Below are positions 30,901-42,900 of a stretch of 64,000 nucleotides of DNA, piece by piece (positions within the stretch are counted from its first letter, which is position 1; every line of letters starts with the position of its first letter). The notes below the pieces were generated by a model. It saw nothing but the letters and a program-made list of their open reading frames with translations. It was not told where the DNA came from and did no database searches. Source of the DNA: Amoebophrya sp. A120 (Eukaryota > Protista > Dinoflagellata); assembly GCA_905178155.1 (NCBI GenBank), contig CAJINV010000004.1, forward strand, positions 466,969-530,968. The letters run 5' to 3'. The position numbers and the translations under genes were made by a program.

Positions 30901-33900
30901 AGTTGGCGCGGTGGCGATCATCACCACGTCAACCAGCACGACTACGACCACGACGACAACCACCACGACAACCGTCACGACGACGACCACCACGACGGTC
31001 ACGACAACCACAGGGACTACGTCCACGACGACGACGTCGACTACGACAACTACGATGTACAAAATGCTGCGGAACTTCGAGATCACGATCGAAGTCCCGG
31101 ACGACGCAGACGACACGGAGATCTCCCAGAAGCCGGCACTGATAAAAGCTTTTGTGAATGGAACTCTGAACTATCTACGCAACGCCGCGCCCGTGTTAGA
31201 CACCCAGTTGACAGTCATGACGATTTCGGTCGCCGCGAATCAGACCCTGATGCTGTTGCAGCAGTCGGCGCACGCTGGCGTGAGTAGTAGATCCGGCGTC
31301 GCAGTTTCCAAGAGCAGGAAGGAGTGGGAGCTGGGCAGTGAGAATTTGCCTGGCGCCGTCGCGGATGGTGTCAGAAGTACGAGCTTCTTGCTGGATGACC
31401 AAGGCGACAACGAGCAATCTCAGTCGCAGGAGGACAAAAATAGCTTTTTGCTCGAAAAAGCCGAAATGGCGATTGAGCAAGCCATGAAGCCGAACAAAGT
31501 TGTCGACACGGTCAGAAAATTGTACGAGCCACATTCCTGGAATCTTCAAGATCGATCCACCTGGCTGCTCGCCAGCTCCCCGAACAAGAAGAGAAAGAAG
31601 GCTGAACAAAAAGTAGATCCGGAATTCCTCCCCACTTCTGCGCGATCCTCCTCCCCCATTCTGATTGAACAGGGAAGGAAGGTTCTTACTACAAAAGCCA
31701 CGGCCTTCAGGGATTTGAAACTCGAAGTCAGCTTCTTGGTCGAAATCCCGAAGGAAGACATCACGGCGCTGACCGATCATATGGGAGTGCACAACTCCCC
31801 CTCCCCCTCATTTGTCACGCAAAATCCCCAATCCAGCTGCTGCCTTGTAGCACTGTTTGCATGACAAATTCTTGAAGCCCACACTAGGCGCGTGAATTTG
31901 TCATGCACAGGCTCCACGTGTGCTGGTGTTTGTATTGCCGTTCATGCTATACAAATGAGGGGGAGGGGGAGTTGTGCGCCGTCATAGATCAGTGGCCATC
32001 TTCCGGTTTGTCCTCTTCGCAGATCAATGCTCTAGTAGATTTGATCCGCGCTGCGGTCAGTTACGCGGCGATTCCGGGCGTGAGTGTTCCGGGCGGGGCG
32101 GTGATCACCACACCGGTGGCGGCGACCACGACGACAACTAGTACTACTGTCGCCGCGAATACGACCACGACTACAACCAGCACTACGACGAGTACCACTA
32201 CAGAGACGACAACCACGACGACAATCGCCGCGCTGGAAGTGCTGGAAAGGCGGTTCGAGTTGAACTTCGACATCGATGCGAGTGCCACGGTGGACCCGGC
32301 GGCGCAGATCCTGAACAATCAAGTGCTGCTGGACAACATTGAAGCTGGTATAATACTGCGCTGGTTTTTTGTGGTCAGCCGCAAAGTCTTGGTCTGAGTA
32401 ACATCAAGTGCTGCACTATTTGCGTCGAGTATACGCTGGTGTGTAATGTCTTGCAGCATGCTACCATGGTCAGTAAATCGACCGCTGTCGTGCCATGCTG
32501 TATAATGTTACTCACGATGGTATGAAAGGTCTAAGAAGAGCACGGATCGCTTGTAGAAAAGACGAGCAGCGCTTGCCCGGCCGTGATGCTTCGGACGCAA
32601 CGAGCCTCGACTTGTGCGAGGGCGTCTGGTTTGGTGCTTGAGCGCGCGGATCTTTCACGTTGTTGCGTCAGCGCGAGCCCTTTTTGCGCCAGACGAGCTT
32701 TGAATATGTGTTAAAATTAGCGGTGAATCAGCACGACCTTTCGCTGTGGACGAAGATCCACTTTTTAGGTACTAGCTCTAGCACACGATCGCGCATAACG
32801 ATTTGCAGCATGCTATCGCGGACGTTACATTATCGCCTGCAGCACCATGCTGAAAAAGATTATGCGCGATGGGATACAACAGGTAGAAAATGTCTTGGCT
32901 TAGTTGCCTTCCTTGGATTTGCCTCCTTGGGATCTGTCTTCCTCGGCTTGCCTTCTTGAGATTTGTCGTCCTCGGCCTGCCTTCTTGGGATTTGTCTTCC
33001 TCGGCTTGCGTTCTTGGGATTTGTCGCCCCCGGCTTGCCTTCTTGGGATTTGTCGCCCCCGGCTTGCCTTCTTGGGATTTGTCTTCCTTGGATTTGCCTT
33101 CTTGGAATTTGTCTTCCTTGGCTTGTCTTCTTGGGATTTGTCGCCCCCGGCCTGCCTTCTTGGGATTTCTCGCCCCCGGCTTGCCTTCTTGGGATTTGTC
33201 TTCCTCGGCTTGCCTTCTTGGGATTTGTTGCCCCCTGCTTGTCTTCTTGAGATTTGTCGCCACCGGCCTGCCTTCTTGAGATTTCTTCTTGAGATTTGTC
33301 GCCCCCTGCTCGTCTTCTTGAGATTTGTCGCCACCGGCTCCCCCTTCTTGAGATTTGTCGCCCCCTGCTTGTCTTCTTGAGATTTGTCGCCACCGCTCTC
33401 CTTCTTGAGATTTGTCTCCCTCGGCTTTCCTGGTATGCCTTCTTGAGATTTGTCCCCTCCTGCTTGTTTTCTTGAGATTTGTCGCCACCGGCTTGTCTTG
33501 GCATTTCTTCTTGAGATTTGTCGCCCCCTGCGCCCTGCTTGTCTTCTTGAGATTCGTCGCCGCCGGCTCTCCCTTCTTGAGATTTGTCGCCCCCTGCTTG
33601 TCTTCTTGAGATTTGTCGCCACCGGTCTTCCTTCTTGAGATTTGTCTCCCTCGGCTTTCCTGGTATGCCTTCTTGAGATTTGTCCCGTCCTGCTTGTTTT
33701 CTTGAGATTTGTCGCCACCGGCTTGTCTTGGCATTTCTTCTTGAGATTTGTCGCCCCCTGCGCCCTGCTTGTCTTCTTGAGATTCGTCGCCACCGGCTCT
33801 CCCTTCTTGAGATTTGTCGCCCCCTGCTTGTCTTCTTGAGATTTGTCGCCACCGGTCTTCCTTCTTGAGATTTGTCTCCCTCAGCTTTCCTGGTATGCCT

Positions 33901-36900
33901 TCTTGAGATTTGTCCCCTCCTGCTTGTTTTCTTGAGATTTGTTGCCACCGGCTTGTCTTCTTGAGATTTGTTTTCCTCGGCTTTCCTTCTTGGGATTTTT
34001 TTGTCTTCCTCGGCTTGCCTTCTTGGGATTTGTGTTCTTCGGTTCGCCGAAAAAGCTCAAGCAGATTCTCTGCCCTCACAGGCTGTTTTCTGTTTGTAAT
34101 TGGTGATACCGTGGTGAGTAATCTTATCCACCATGCTACGATGTTGCACAAAACCAATACAAAGCACAGCATCCTGGGTAATCTTATGCTGCATAGTATA
34201 ATGCTACTTTCTTTTTCAACATTTTGCATCACGCTCATCCACATTACTTCTCAGGTATTCTGAAGTGGTTGCAAGGCTCAACGGCCTCGCTGAACAACTT
34301 CGATGGCAACCAGTTTACCAACTTCACTCTGACCCCGAAGGGCAGCGCGTTGCTGTACGTGCAGCGAAGGGACGAGCAGTCTCCATCCGCTGCAAATGCG
34401 GGTCCTGGTTTATTACAATGAAAAATGCCCCCTCCCCATATCAAAACGGAAATCTGTGATGCAGATTTGGGGCCACAAGTCAGCTCTGTATTGCAGAGAG
34501 GCATTGCGGCTAGATCCCCCGGCTAGGTAGGCGCGTATGGGTCTAGTTGTTCAGCATGGCAAACGGCTCCCCTTTAGTCCCAAGAGCGTGACAAATCGCT
34601 TGCATAATGGGGCGGACGGCTCTGCCCTCGTCTTCTTGCAAGACAGATGTGATTTGTGACCTCAAATCCGCAACACAAATTTTTGGAAACATACCTTTTC
34701 GATATGGGGAGGGGGGATTTTTCCTCTCAATATGGTTTCCTCCTACAAATTTCCTACCACGTGGACAAGCGGAACGCGTATGACGTGGTGGTATCAAATG
34801 CAAAAGTGTGTGGATCTGGAAGATTGCAACTTGTCATGCTGTTTTTGGACTCTAAAAAAAATGTGTATTGCATGACCAGCAAGATGGGTGCAGTTTTTGC
34901 TATACAGACAGGCCATTTCTCATGCGGAAGGTGCATCAGGAAGCGGCCCTGTAAAAGTCTGCGATGCTACTTCAAGCATTACAGGCGTCGTGGGTCATGA
35001 GAAATATGCATGACAAATCTTGCATTCTTCCAGACCCAGACATATTTGCAATGCATAGGTGGCCTCCTTGAACATCATTTGCGCGACCAACGCAGAACTC
35101 ACCGCGGTCGAAGCGTCCTGGCCGGCTCCTGGCTTGGACGCCGTCCAGCTTTCCGCTTTAGCAAGCGAAGTTACCTCTGCGGTTTCAAACACCGGGGTGC
35201 CGGGGGTCACGGCGACAGGGATCAAATCCATGCCCGCGCCGGAGAAGCCGACGACTACCACGACGACAAGCACGACAAGCACGACGACCACCTTACCGCT
35301 CTCCCAGCGCGAGTTCCAGATGATTGTTTCCACGGATGACGCGATTATCAACGACGTGGATACGCAGATCATTGGAAGTACAGAGTTGCTGACTGCGGTC
35401 AAGCTGGCCATCGTGCGCTTCCTGAGGGATTACTTGTCCTTTACGAGTGTCACGTCTTCCAGCATTGAAGATCTGGCGTTCTCCAAAACCGCACTGCTTA
35501 TGCTGTTGCAAGGACAACACGAGCAAGCCTCAACGTCGTTGAGAGTAGACTTAACCGCCAATAAAATTCTGCACCGTTCTCTCGATATGAGTCTAGTCTT
35601 TGTGCAAACGGAGAACAAACTGCAGCGTCGCGGGTCGGTCGATGTCACTGTATCGTTCGGAATCCGGGACGCAGACGTGACTGGTCTGAACAGCGTGTGG
35701 CCGTTGGCGGATCTCACTACCGATGGGAAAGCAGATTTGCTCGCGGTGCTGCAAGCGGAGGTGAATACCGCAAATGTCAACGGTGTGGTCGATATCACGC
35801 AGGTGATCGGCCTGCCGGCGCCGACAACCACTTCCACGACCACCTCGACGTCTACAACCAGCACAACCACGACGACCACCTTAGGTGTAGAAGTCCGAGA
35901 GTTCGACGTTGGCTTCAGCCTGAACACGTCTGTCTTCAGCAACGAAACCGGGTTGATCAAACAAGATTTACTGGATGATCAAAACCTACTCCAAGCCCTC
36001 AAAGACGGCGCGACGAGCTTCTTAATCGACGCGGGCATGAGCGGTTTTGACGTGATTGACGTAAAATTAGTCGAAGATTTTACCGCATCCGGTGCGTATG
36101 ACGACGACTACTTGGCGACGGAGTTCTCGTTCTCCGTGCAGGGGGATGAGATATGCATCGCAAATATGTCTGGGTATGGAAGGATGCAGCTTGTCATGCT
36201 GAATCTGGATCATGCAAAAATTTGTGTTGCTTGATTACCAAAAGCTCGTCTTCATTCTTGACCAAGTTGGGAGTGAGTTTCTCATGCAGGATAGGCATGA
36301 TAGAGATCTCACAAAATCACAATAAAATACGTCATGCTAGATCCTGCATCGCAGACCGCATGCGTCATGTTGAACCTGCAAGAGAAGTCCTGCACTCTTC
36401 CAGACCCAGACATTTTTGCAATCCATATGAGACGGCCTTGTCCGATTTAAACTCCTTCTGGGACAACCAGGGCTTAGCCACGAACCAAGCAGTTCTGGAC
36501 TTCCAGCAGGCGATCAACGACACGGTGGTTGCAGGGAATATCAAGGGGGTCTTGCAAGTCGGCCACGTGGTTTCCGTACCCACGAAAACCACCACGACGA
36601 CGACCACAACTTCCACCACGACAACTCTCGGGATGGCGATGCGGGAATTCGAATTGCAATTGACCGTGAGCAACGACAACGCGACGGACCAAGATTTGGA
36701 AAACATCGTGAGCAATCAGGTTTTGCTCGACGCGGTGGCGCAGGGAGCGGTGGACTACTTGAACTTCAAGGGCATGTTCGACCCGAACATCACTTTCAGC
36801 GATATCGAGAACCAGAGTCTCAGGATCGTGTATTGGACGCCTGACAATACCAGTATGATGCTTTTGGAGTCAACCGAAGCGATCCAGATGGGCCGGGGGT

Positions 36901-39900
36901 TACTGGATGTCATTTCCGCTTTCCAAATCCGTGGGAAAGAGAGTTTATTAGCAGAAATCGATGCCGCGTGGAACCCGGTGGGGTTGACGTCCAATGAAAC
37001 AAATTACTCCCAGATATTTAATTAGCGGCCCTTTCATAAGTCCGGACCTTTCACCTCTTGTCACATACCCAACGCTGAAGAAAAAAAAAAGAACTTTAAA
37101 TAGGTCGGAACGTGGCCAGGAGCTGCGTCTGCAGCTACTCGCTCTTGTGCAGCAGGCGCGCTTCCTTTAGTTCCGTACAATAAAAGAAGCAAGAGGCTTG
37201 TTTACAAGGAGCCTACGCTTTATCAGTGGCGTAGGCTTCTGAAGCAGCTTGCACAGGGAAATAACGTGATGGAAGAAGTAGAAACAGCCAGCCAAAGAAA
37301 GCTCTCGACAGCTCGGAAACTTTAGTCCCCGTCGGCTGCCACCCAATGCAGTGCGCCGGGCGGCTTTGGTGTTTGTGTTTCCGTATAATAAACCACGCAA
37401 GTGCGTTGCGCATTTGCGACGCCTGTTCCTTTGTCTATCGGCGCCGCATCTGCAACACCTTGCACAGTGTAGGCATCAGGAATACACAAACACGACAAAA
37501 CAAGAAAACTGATAGTCCGCACATTTCTACAGGTTGTGACTGTGTAGGCGCGCGCAGTGTAGTAACTAAGCGGGCAGCTCTCGTTCTGGACCTGGATGCG
37601 CCACGCTGCGCTGTACTGACTAAATACTCAGGTGAGCGCTTCGGAGTGCTACGCGGGGGCGGCTGCTCTGCGGGGGGACTGCTGGATGGAAGCTTAGGAG
37701 AAAAATTTGCGCGGGGAGTATTGGGGCATGAACTTCGAGTAAGCAGCCCTCTGAAACGCACCAAAGCAGTGCGCGCGTACTTAGACGTAGAAAATAGGTG
37801 GGCAAGCGGCGTAGATAGGTTGCAATGCTCGGGGGCTCGCACTGTAAGCAAAATAAAAAAAGCCCGGGTAGGAAAAATGCATTTTGCGTTTTTTCCTACC
37901 CGGGGTTTTTATTTTCAAAACCCCGGGTAGGAAATATTTATCCGCTGCTCTGCACGTCTGTGAGGGTGATAACAGCTGATAAATATTTCCTACCCGGGGT
38001 TTTGAAAATAAAAACCCCGGGTAGGAAAAAAATCAAAACTCATATTTCCTACCCGGGCTTTTTATTTTCAAAACCTCGTATAGGCCCTCCGAAATCTGGG
38101 CGGCGCGGCAGCGCCGCGAATTTTTTTTTTTTTGGATCGCGGAGAGCTATGTGAGGTTTTGAAAACCAAAACCTCGTATAGCCCCCTCGAAATTCGGGCG
38201 GCGCGGCAGCGCCGCGAAGATTTTTTTTTTTGGGTTCGCGGAGGGCTATGTGAGGTTTTGAAAGCCAAAACCTCGTATAGCCTCCTCGAAATTTGGGCGG
38301 CGCGGCAGCGCCGCGGAGAATTTTTTTTGGTTCGCGGATAGCTATGCGAGGTTTTGAAAATCAAAACCTCGTATAGCCTTCTCGAAATTTGGGCGGCGTA
38401 GCAGCGCCACGAAAAGTATATTTCCTACCCGGGCCTTTTTTTTTCAAAACCTCGTATAGCCTCTCCGAAATCTGGGCGGCATATTTTTTTTTTGGTTCCC
38501 GGATGGCTATGTGAGGTTTTGAAAACTAAAACCTCGCATAGCCCCCTCTAAATTTGGGCGGCGCGGCAGCGTCGTGAAGAATTTTTTTTGGTTCGCGGAG
38601 GGCTATGCGAGGTTTTGGAAGCCAAAACCTTGGATAGCCCCCTCAAAATTTGGGCGGCGTGGCAGCGCCGCGAAGGAGTTTTTTTATTTTGGTTCGCGGA
38701 GCGCTATGTCAGGTTCCGAAAACCAAAACCCCACGTAAGCCTCAGGGGGTCGCATCGGGTAAGTCGCGCCAACGCGCGGGCGCAGGGGCTGCAGCGCTGC
38801 ATTTGGTTTCTACCGTCAGTGGTGTGGGCCAGAATGTGAAAAGTCATTTGACCTGTGACCTTTATGAAAGGGCCGCTAATTACGTCATGTAGAGTACTTG
38901 GAAGATTTCGTGGCTCAGGAGGTGAACGCGGCGGGCATTCCAGATGTGCAAATTGTGGACGTGGTGTCCTTACCCGCACCAAGTACCACGACAACCACCG
39001 CGGCTCCATTACCTCCGGGCGAGACCTCCACCAGCACGACCTCGAGCACATCCAGCACCACAACGACCACAACGACAACGACCTCGACTTTTGAGCTGAA
39101 ATTACGGCAATTCGCACTGGACTTGACGGTAGATGACACCGTGGACCAGCAGAACTTGCTGCAATCTCAAGTCATGCTCGACGCGTTCACGATCGGGTCC
39201 TTGAACTTCCTGCGCAACCGCGGCATGACAAATTTGACGGAAGCTCAGTTTGAAGATCAAGAATTGACCGAAGCAACCTCCTCGGGCACGAACTTCATGA
39301 TCGTTTTGGTCGAACGTGCGGCGGATAGAAGGTTGAGCCTGAAAGAGTACGGACAGGACGATTTACCCGTCGTGTTCTCCTTCGGAATTCGGGAGACGGC
39401 AAGTAGCAGTTTAGACCTGCTCGACACCGCCTGGTCGCCGCAGGGCCTGACGGCGAACCAAACGAGCCAATTAGAGGCTGCGGTAAACCAAACCATCATT
39501 TCCGCGGCGATCGCCGGGGTGTCTGTCGGGAAAGTGACCGCCATGGCGGCGCAGACGACAACTACGACCACGACGACGACCACCACCACGACCACACTGG
39601 GAATGGAAATTCGGGAGTTCGATTTGGATTTTACCGTCGACCCCGCCGTGATTCAAGACAAATCTTCTTTATGTACCTACCCGCAACTGCTCGAAGCGAT
39701 TGCGGAGGGCAGTAGGGAATTCCTCGTGGCGAACGGTATGAAAAATTTGACGGGCACTGCGGTGATCGAGACCCCGGTGCTGACCGCGAACGCGACTTCC
39801 TCAGCCGCAAACGACAGCTTCCTAGAAGTGACGACGGAGCTGACCATCCGCGGAGACAACACGACGCTTGAATCTTTGATCGGCGGTGCGTGGCCGCGGG

Positions 39901-42900
39901 ACACTTTGTCCGACGCGGAGACGCAAGCTTTGGAAGACCACGTGAACACATCCATGACGATGATGAATGTGCCTGGCGTATCCTGAGTGAAAACGTCCCC
40001 ACCCCAGAGTTGTAATGCAAATCTGCATGCTGAGAATGTTTTTCATGCGGAGACCCATGAGAAGCAGTATCTACTGGCGTTTTGCGATTGGTGATGCTCA
40101 AATCCGCATGGTGTGCGAGATCTGTGATGCTGCTGCACTAGCTAAACACGACTACACTGCGAGCCCAGATTTGTCATGCGCAACAGCCAAAGCTGGTAGA
40201 TTTGTGTAGCAGATTTGCCATGTTGACTCTGGGGTGGAAACGTTTTTGCTCACCATAGGGGGTTCTGTTAGGGAAGATTACTCCAAAACCCGCCCCGACT
40301 ACGACGACCACCACAACCACTTCGACGACTACCACCACAACGACAACCTCCACCGAGGGCGTCGCACTCAGGCAGTTCGAAATCGACTTCACGATCGACG
40401 ATAGTTTGAATCACACGAAAGTGATTGCGCAACTGAACTTGCAGAACGCGGTGCGGCAAGGGTCGTATGATTTCTTGGTTTCGAGAGGGGTGGAGAATCT
40501 AACAGTTCAAGAATTGCAGAATCAGACCTTGGAAATATTACCAGGGAACACCACAACTTTCTTCATGAACTTGTTGGAAACGAACAGAAAATCAAAGGGG
40601 AAGCGTGGGTACGTGGAAACTATTGCGAAATTTGCTATCCAGGGACCTGTGCTGAAAATCCAGCAAGTCGATTCCGCGTGGGACCCAAGTGGCTTGGATG
40701 ACGCGGAATTGGATGCGTTGAAGGATGCGATTAACGATACCGTTATGCAATACAAATTTCCCGTACATGTACAAAATGCATGACAAATTGCGCTAACTTG
40801 CAGTTTCCAACTTGTCATGCTAGACTAGGATTGATGGCAAGTTTTGTCATGCAGCGACTGCATTTGTACGTGTCCGGGAAATTTGCTGTGGATAACCGTG
40901 ATCATGGCGAACATTACTGGTGTCCAAGTCGGAAAAGTCGTCTCCATGGCTAGTCCGACAACTACGACGACGACAACCACGACCACAACGACCACAACCT
41001 TCGGGACGATGGTGCGGCAATTCAACATCGATTTCACGGTGGACAGCTACACGATCCCGGACAAGACGACATTATTGACGGATGAGGATTTGTTGAATGC
41101 GATTGCTCAGGGTTCCACCGATTTCCTTGATGCCAAGGGCTTCATGAACAACACGGATGTGGTGACGTCGATTTATTCCGCGACTTTGGCAGTGAATCCG
41201 GGCTCCGCGTCCAACAGCACCTATTTAGAGGCGATCTACGAGTTTGAAGTCAAGGGCGATCCGACGACTTTGTCCAGCTTCACAAATTCTTGGTCGCCGT
41301 TAAACTTAACCGCGACAGAGACGGACGACTTGCTACAGAGGATCAACAGCAGCATCCTCGCCGCGGTTGTTCCGGGCGTAACGCTCGGGAAGGTCGCACC
41401 ACTGCCCGCACCGGTTACGACCAGCACGACCACCACGACGACCACGAGCACCACGACCACTACGACGACGCTGGGTCTGGCTTTGCGGACTTTCGAACTG
41501 GATTTCACCGTGGACAGTGCGGTCGACGTGGATGTGATGTGCGAGGACCCGGATTTACTGAACGCCATGGCGGACGGCTCCTGGGCTTATCTCGTCGCGA
41601 GCGGCATGTCGAACTTGACGCTCGGGTCGATTGAAAACCAAACGCTGTCCGTCGTTCTCGCGAACGCGACCTCACCGAACGCGACTTCATTGATCCTGCT
41701 CGCGAATTTGAGGAGAAGGGAGCGGGGGATTAAGGAAGTTAGGTTACAGTCGGAATTCGGAGTCCGCGGTAACGAACAAGATTTGCAACTCGTCGACCAG
41801 GTCTGGGATCCGGTCGGGTTGGATGCCGTGCAGATGCAAGCATTGAGAAACGCGATTATCGCGGCGGTGGGAGCGGCGACGATCTCGAATTTGCCAAATC
41901 TGCAGGTCGGGACTTTATCCTCTCTACCGGCACCCAACACGACCACCACGACGACCACCACCACCGCAACGACGACCACAACGAGCACGACGACGACCAC
42001 AACGACCACTCTGCCGATCGGCATGCGGCAATTCGATTTGGAGTTCACCATTGATGACGCGGTGAACAGGACTGCATTGGTGGCGAGTGACGTCTTCGTG
42101 TCCGCGCTCGCTTTAGGTTCCGTGGCTTTTGTGAAAGCAGCGGGGATGTCAGATTTGAACCTGACGCAGGTTGAGGAATCCAATATCACGATCGTTGCCG
42201 GGGAAAACGGAACGAAAGCACACGCTTTAGAAATCATCTACGGCTTCGGGATCCGCGCGAACCAAACGGTTTTGGATGAGTTAGATACTGTTTGGAACCC
42301 ATCGGGCTTAGACTCCCAGCAAACACTGGCGCTGGAAGCGGCAATTGGCGCTACCATTTCTGCCAGTGGGTTCTCCGGTGTGAAAGTTGGATTCGTCACC
42401 CCTTTACCAGCGCAGACGACCACGACAACCACCACGACGACTCTCGAACTCGCGGAGCGGCAGTTTCAGTTGGAGTTCAAGATCGATGGAACTGTTGTGG
42501 CTGATAAGCAACAACTTTTGACCAACCAAGATTTGTTGAACGCAGTCGCACGCGGATCGTTGGACTTCCTAACGGTGAAAGGCTTCGATAACTCGACGGG
42601 GACGGCGAAGCTCGACGGCCAGAAACTCGAATTTTCCGCGACCGACGATCCGAACGACAAGAACTATCTGGATACGATTTCGACTTTGGGCGTTCGCGTC
42701 GAGCCGCAGCAGCTGATCAGCTTAAACAATGCCTGGGACGCTACTAACTTGACTGACGCAGAGACTACGGATTTGAGAACGAGGATCAAGACCACGGTTC
42801 TCGCTGCAGGGATCCCCGGTGTGACGAACGTGGTCATTGTGAAGCCGATGCCCGCGCCGAGCACGACGACGAGCACAACTACGACAGTGGCTTCTATCTT

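Larger units (their letters stand above)
37007..38894. mobile_element. 1.9-kb TIR element with TA duplication (Tc1/mariner-type target), apparently removed as an intron
   Basis: TA|ctc..taattagcggccctttcataa ... ttatgaaagggccgctaatta..gag|TA; removing 1890 nt gives ETN-Y-LEDFV in frame. Confidence 0.82.

Noticed and set aside
32778-34244. Long minus-strand ORFs (488, 362, 297 aa)
   Set aside because: They are overlapping translations of a stop-poor satellite and swap the same peptides between frames.
37346-37930. Possible transposase ORF in the 1.9-kb element (also ORFs at 3700..4233 and 23502..24164)
   Set aside because: No recognisable DDE, HTH or Rep/helicase motifs; short and low-complexity.
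38070-38730. Palindromic repeat array as a CRISPR or REP cluster
   Set aside because: Whole units repeat with no unique spacers; eukaryotic intronic context.
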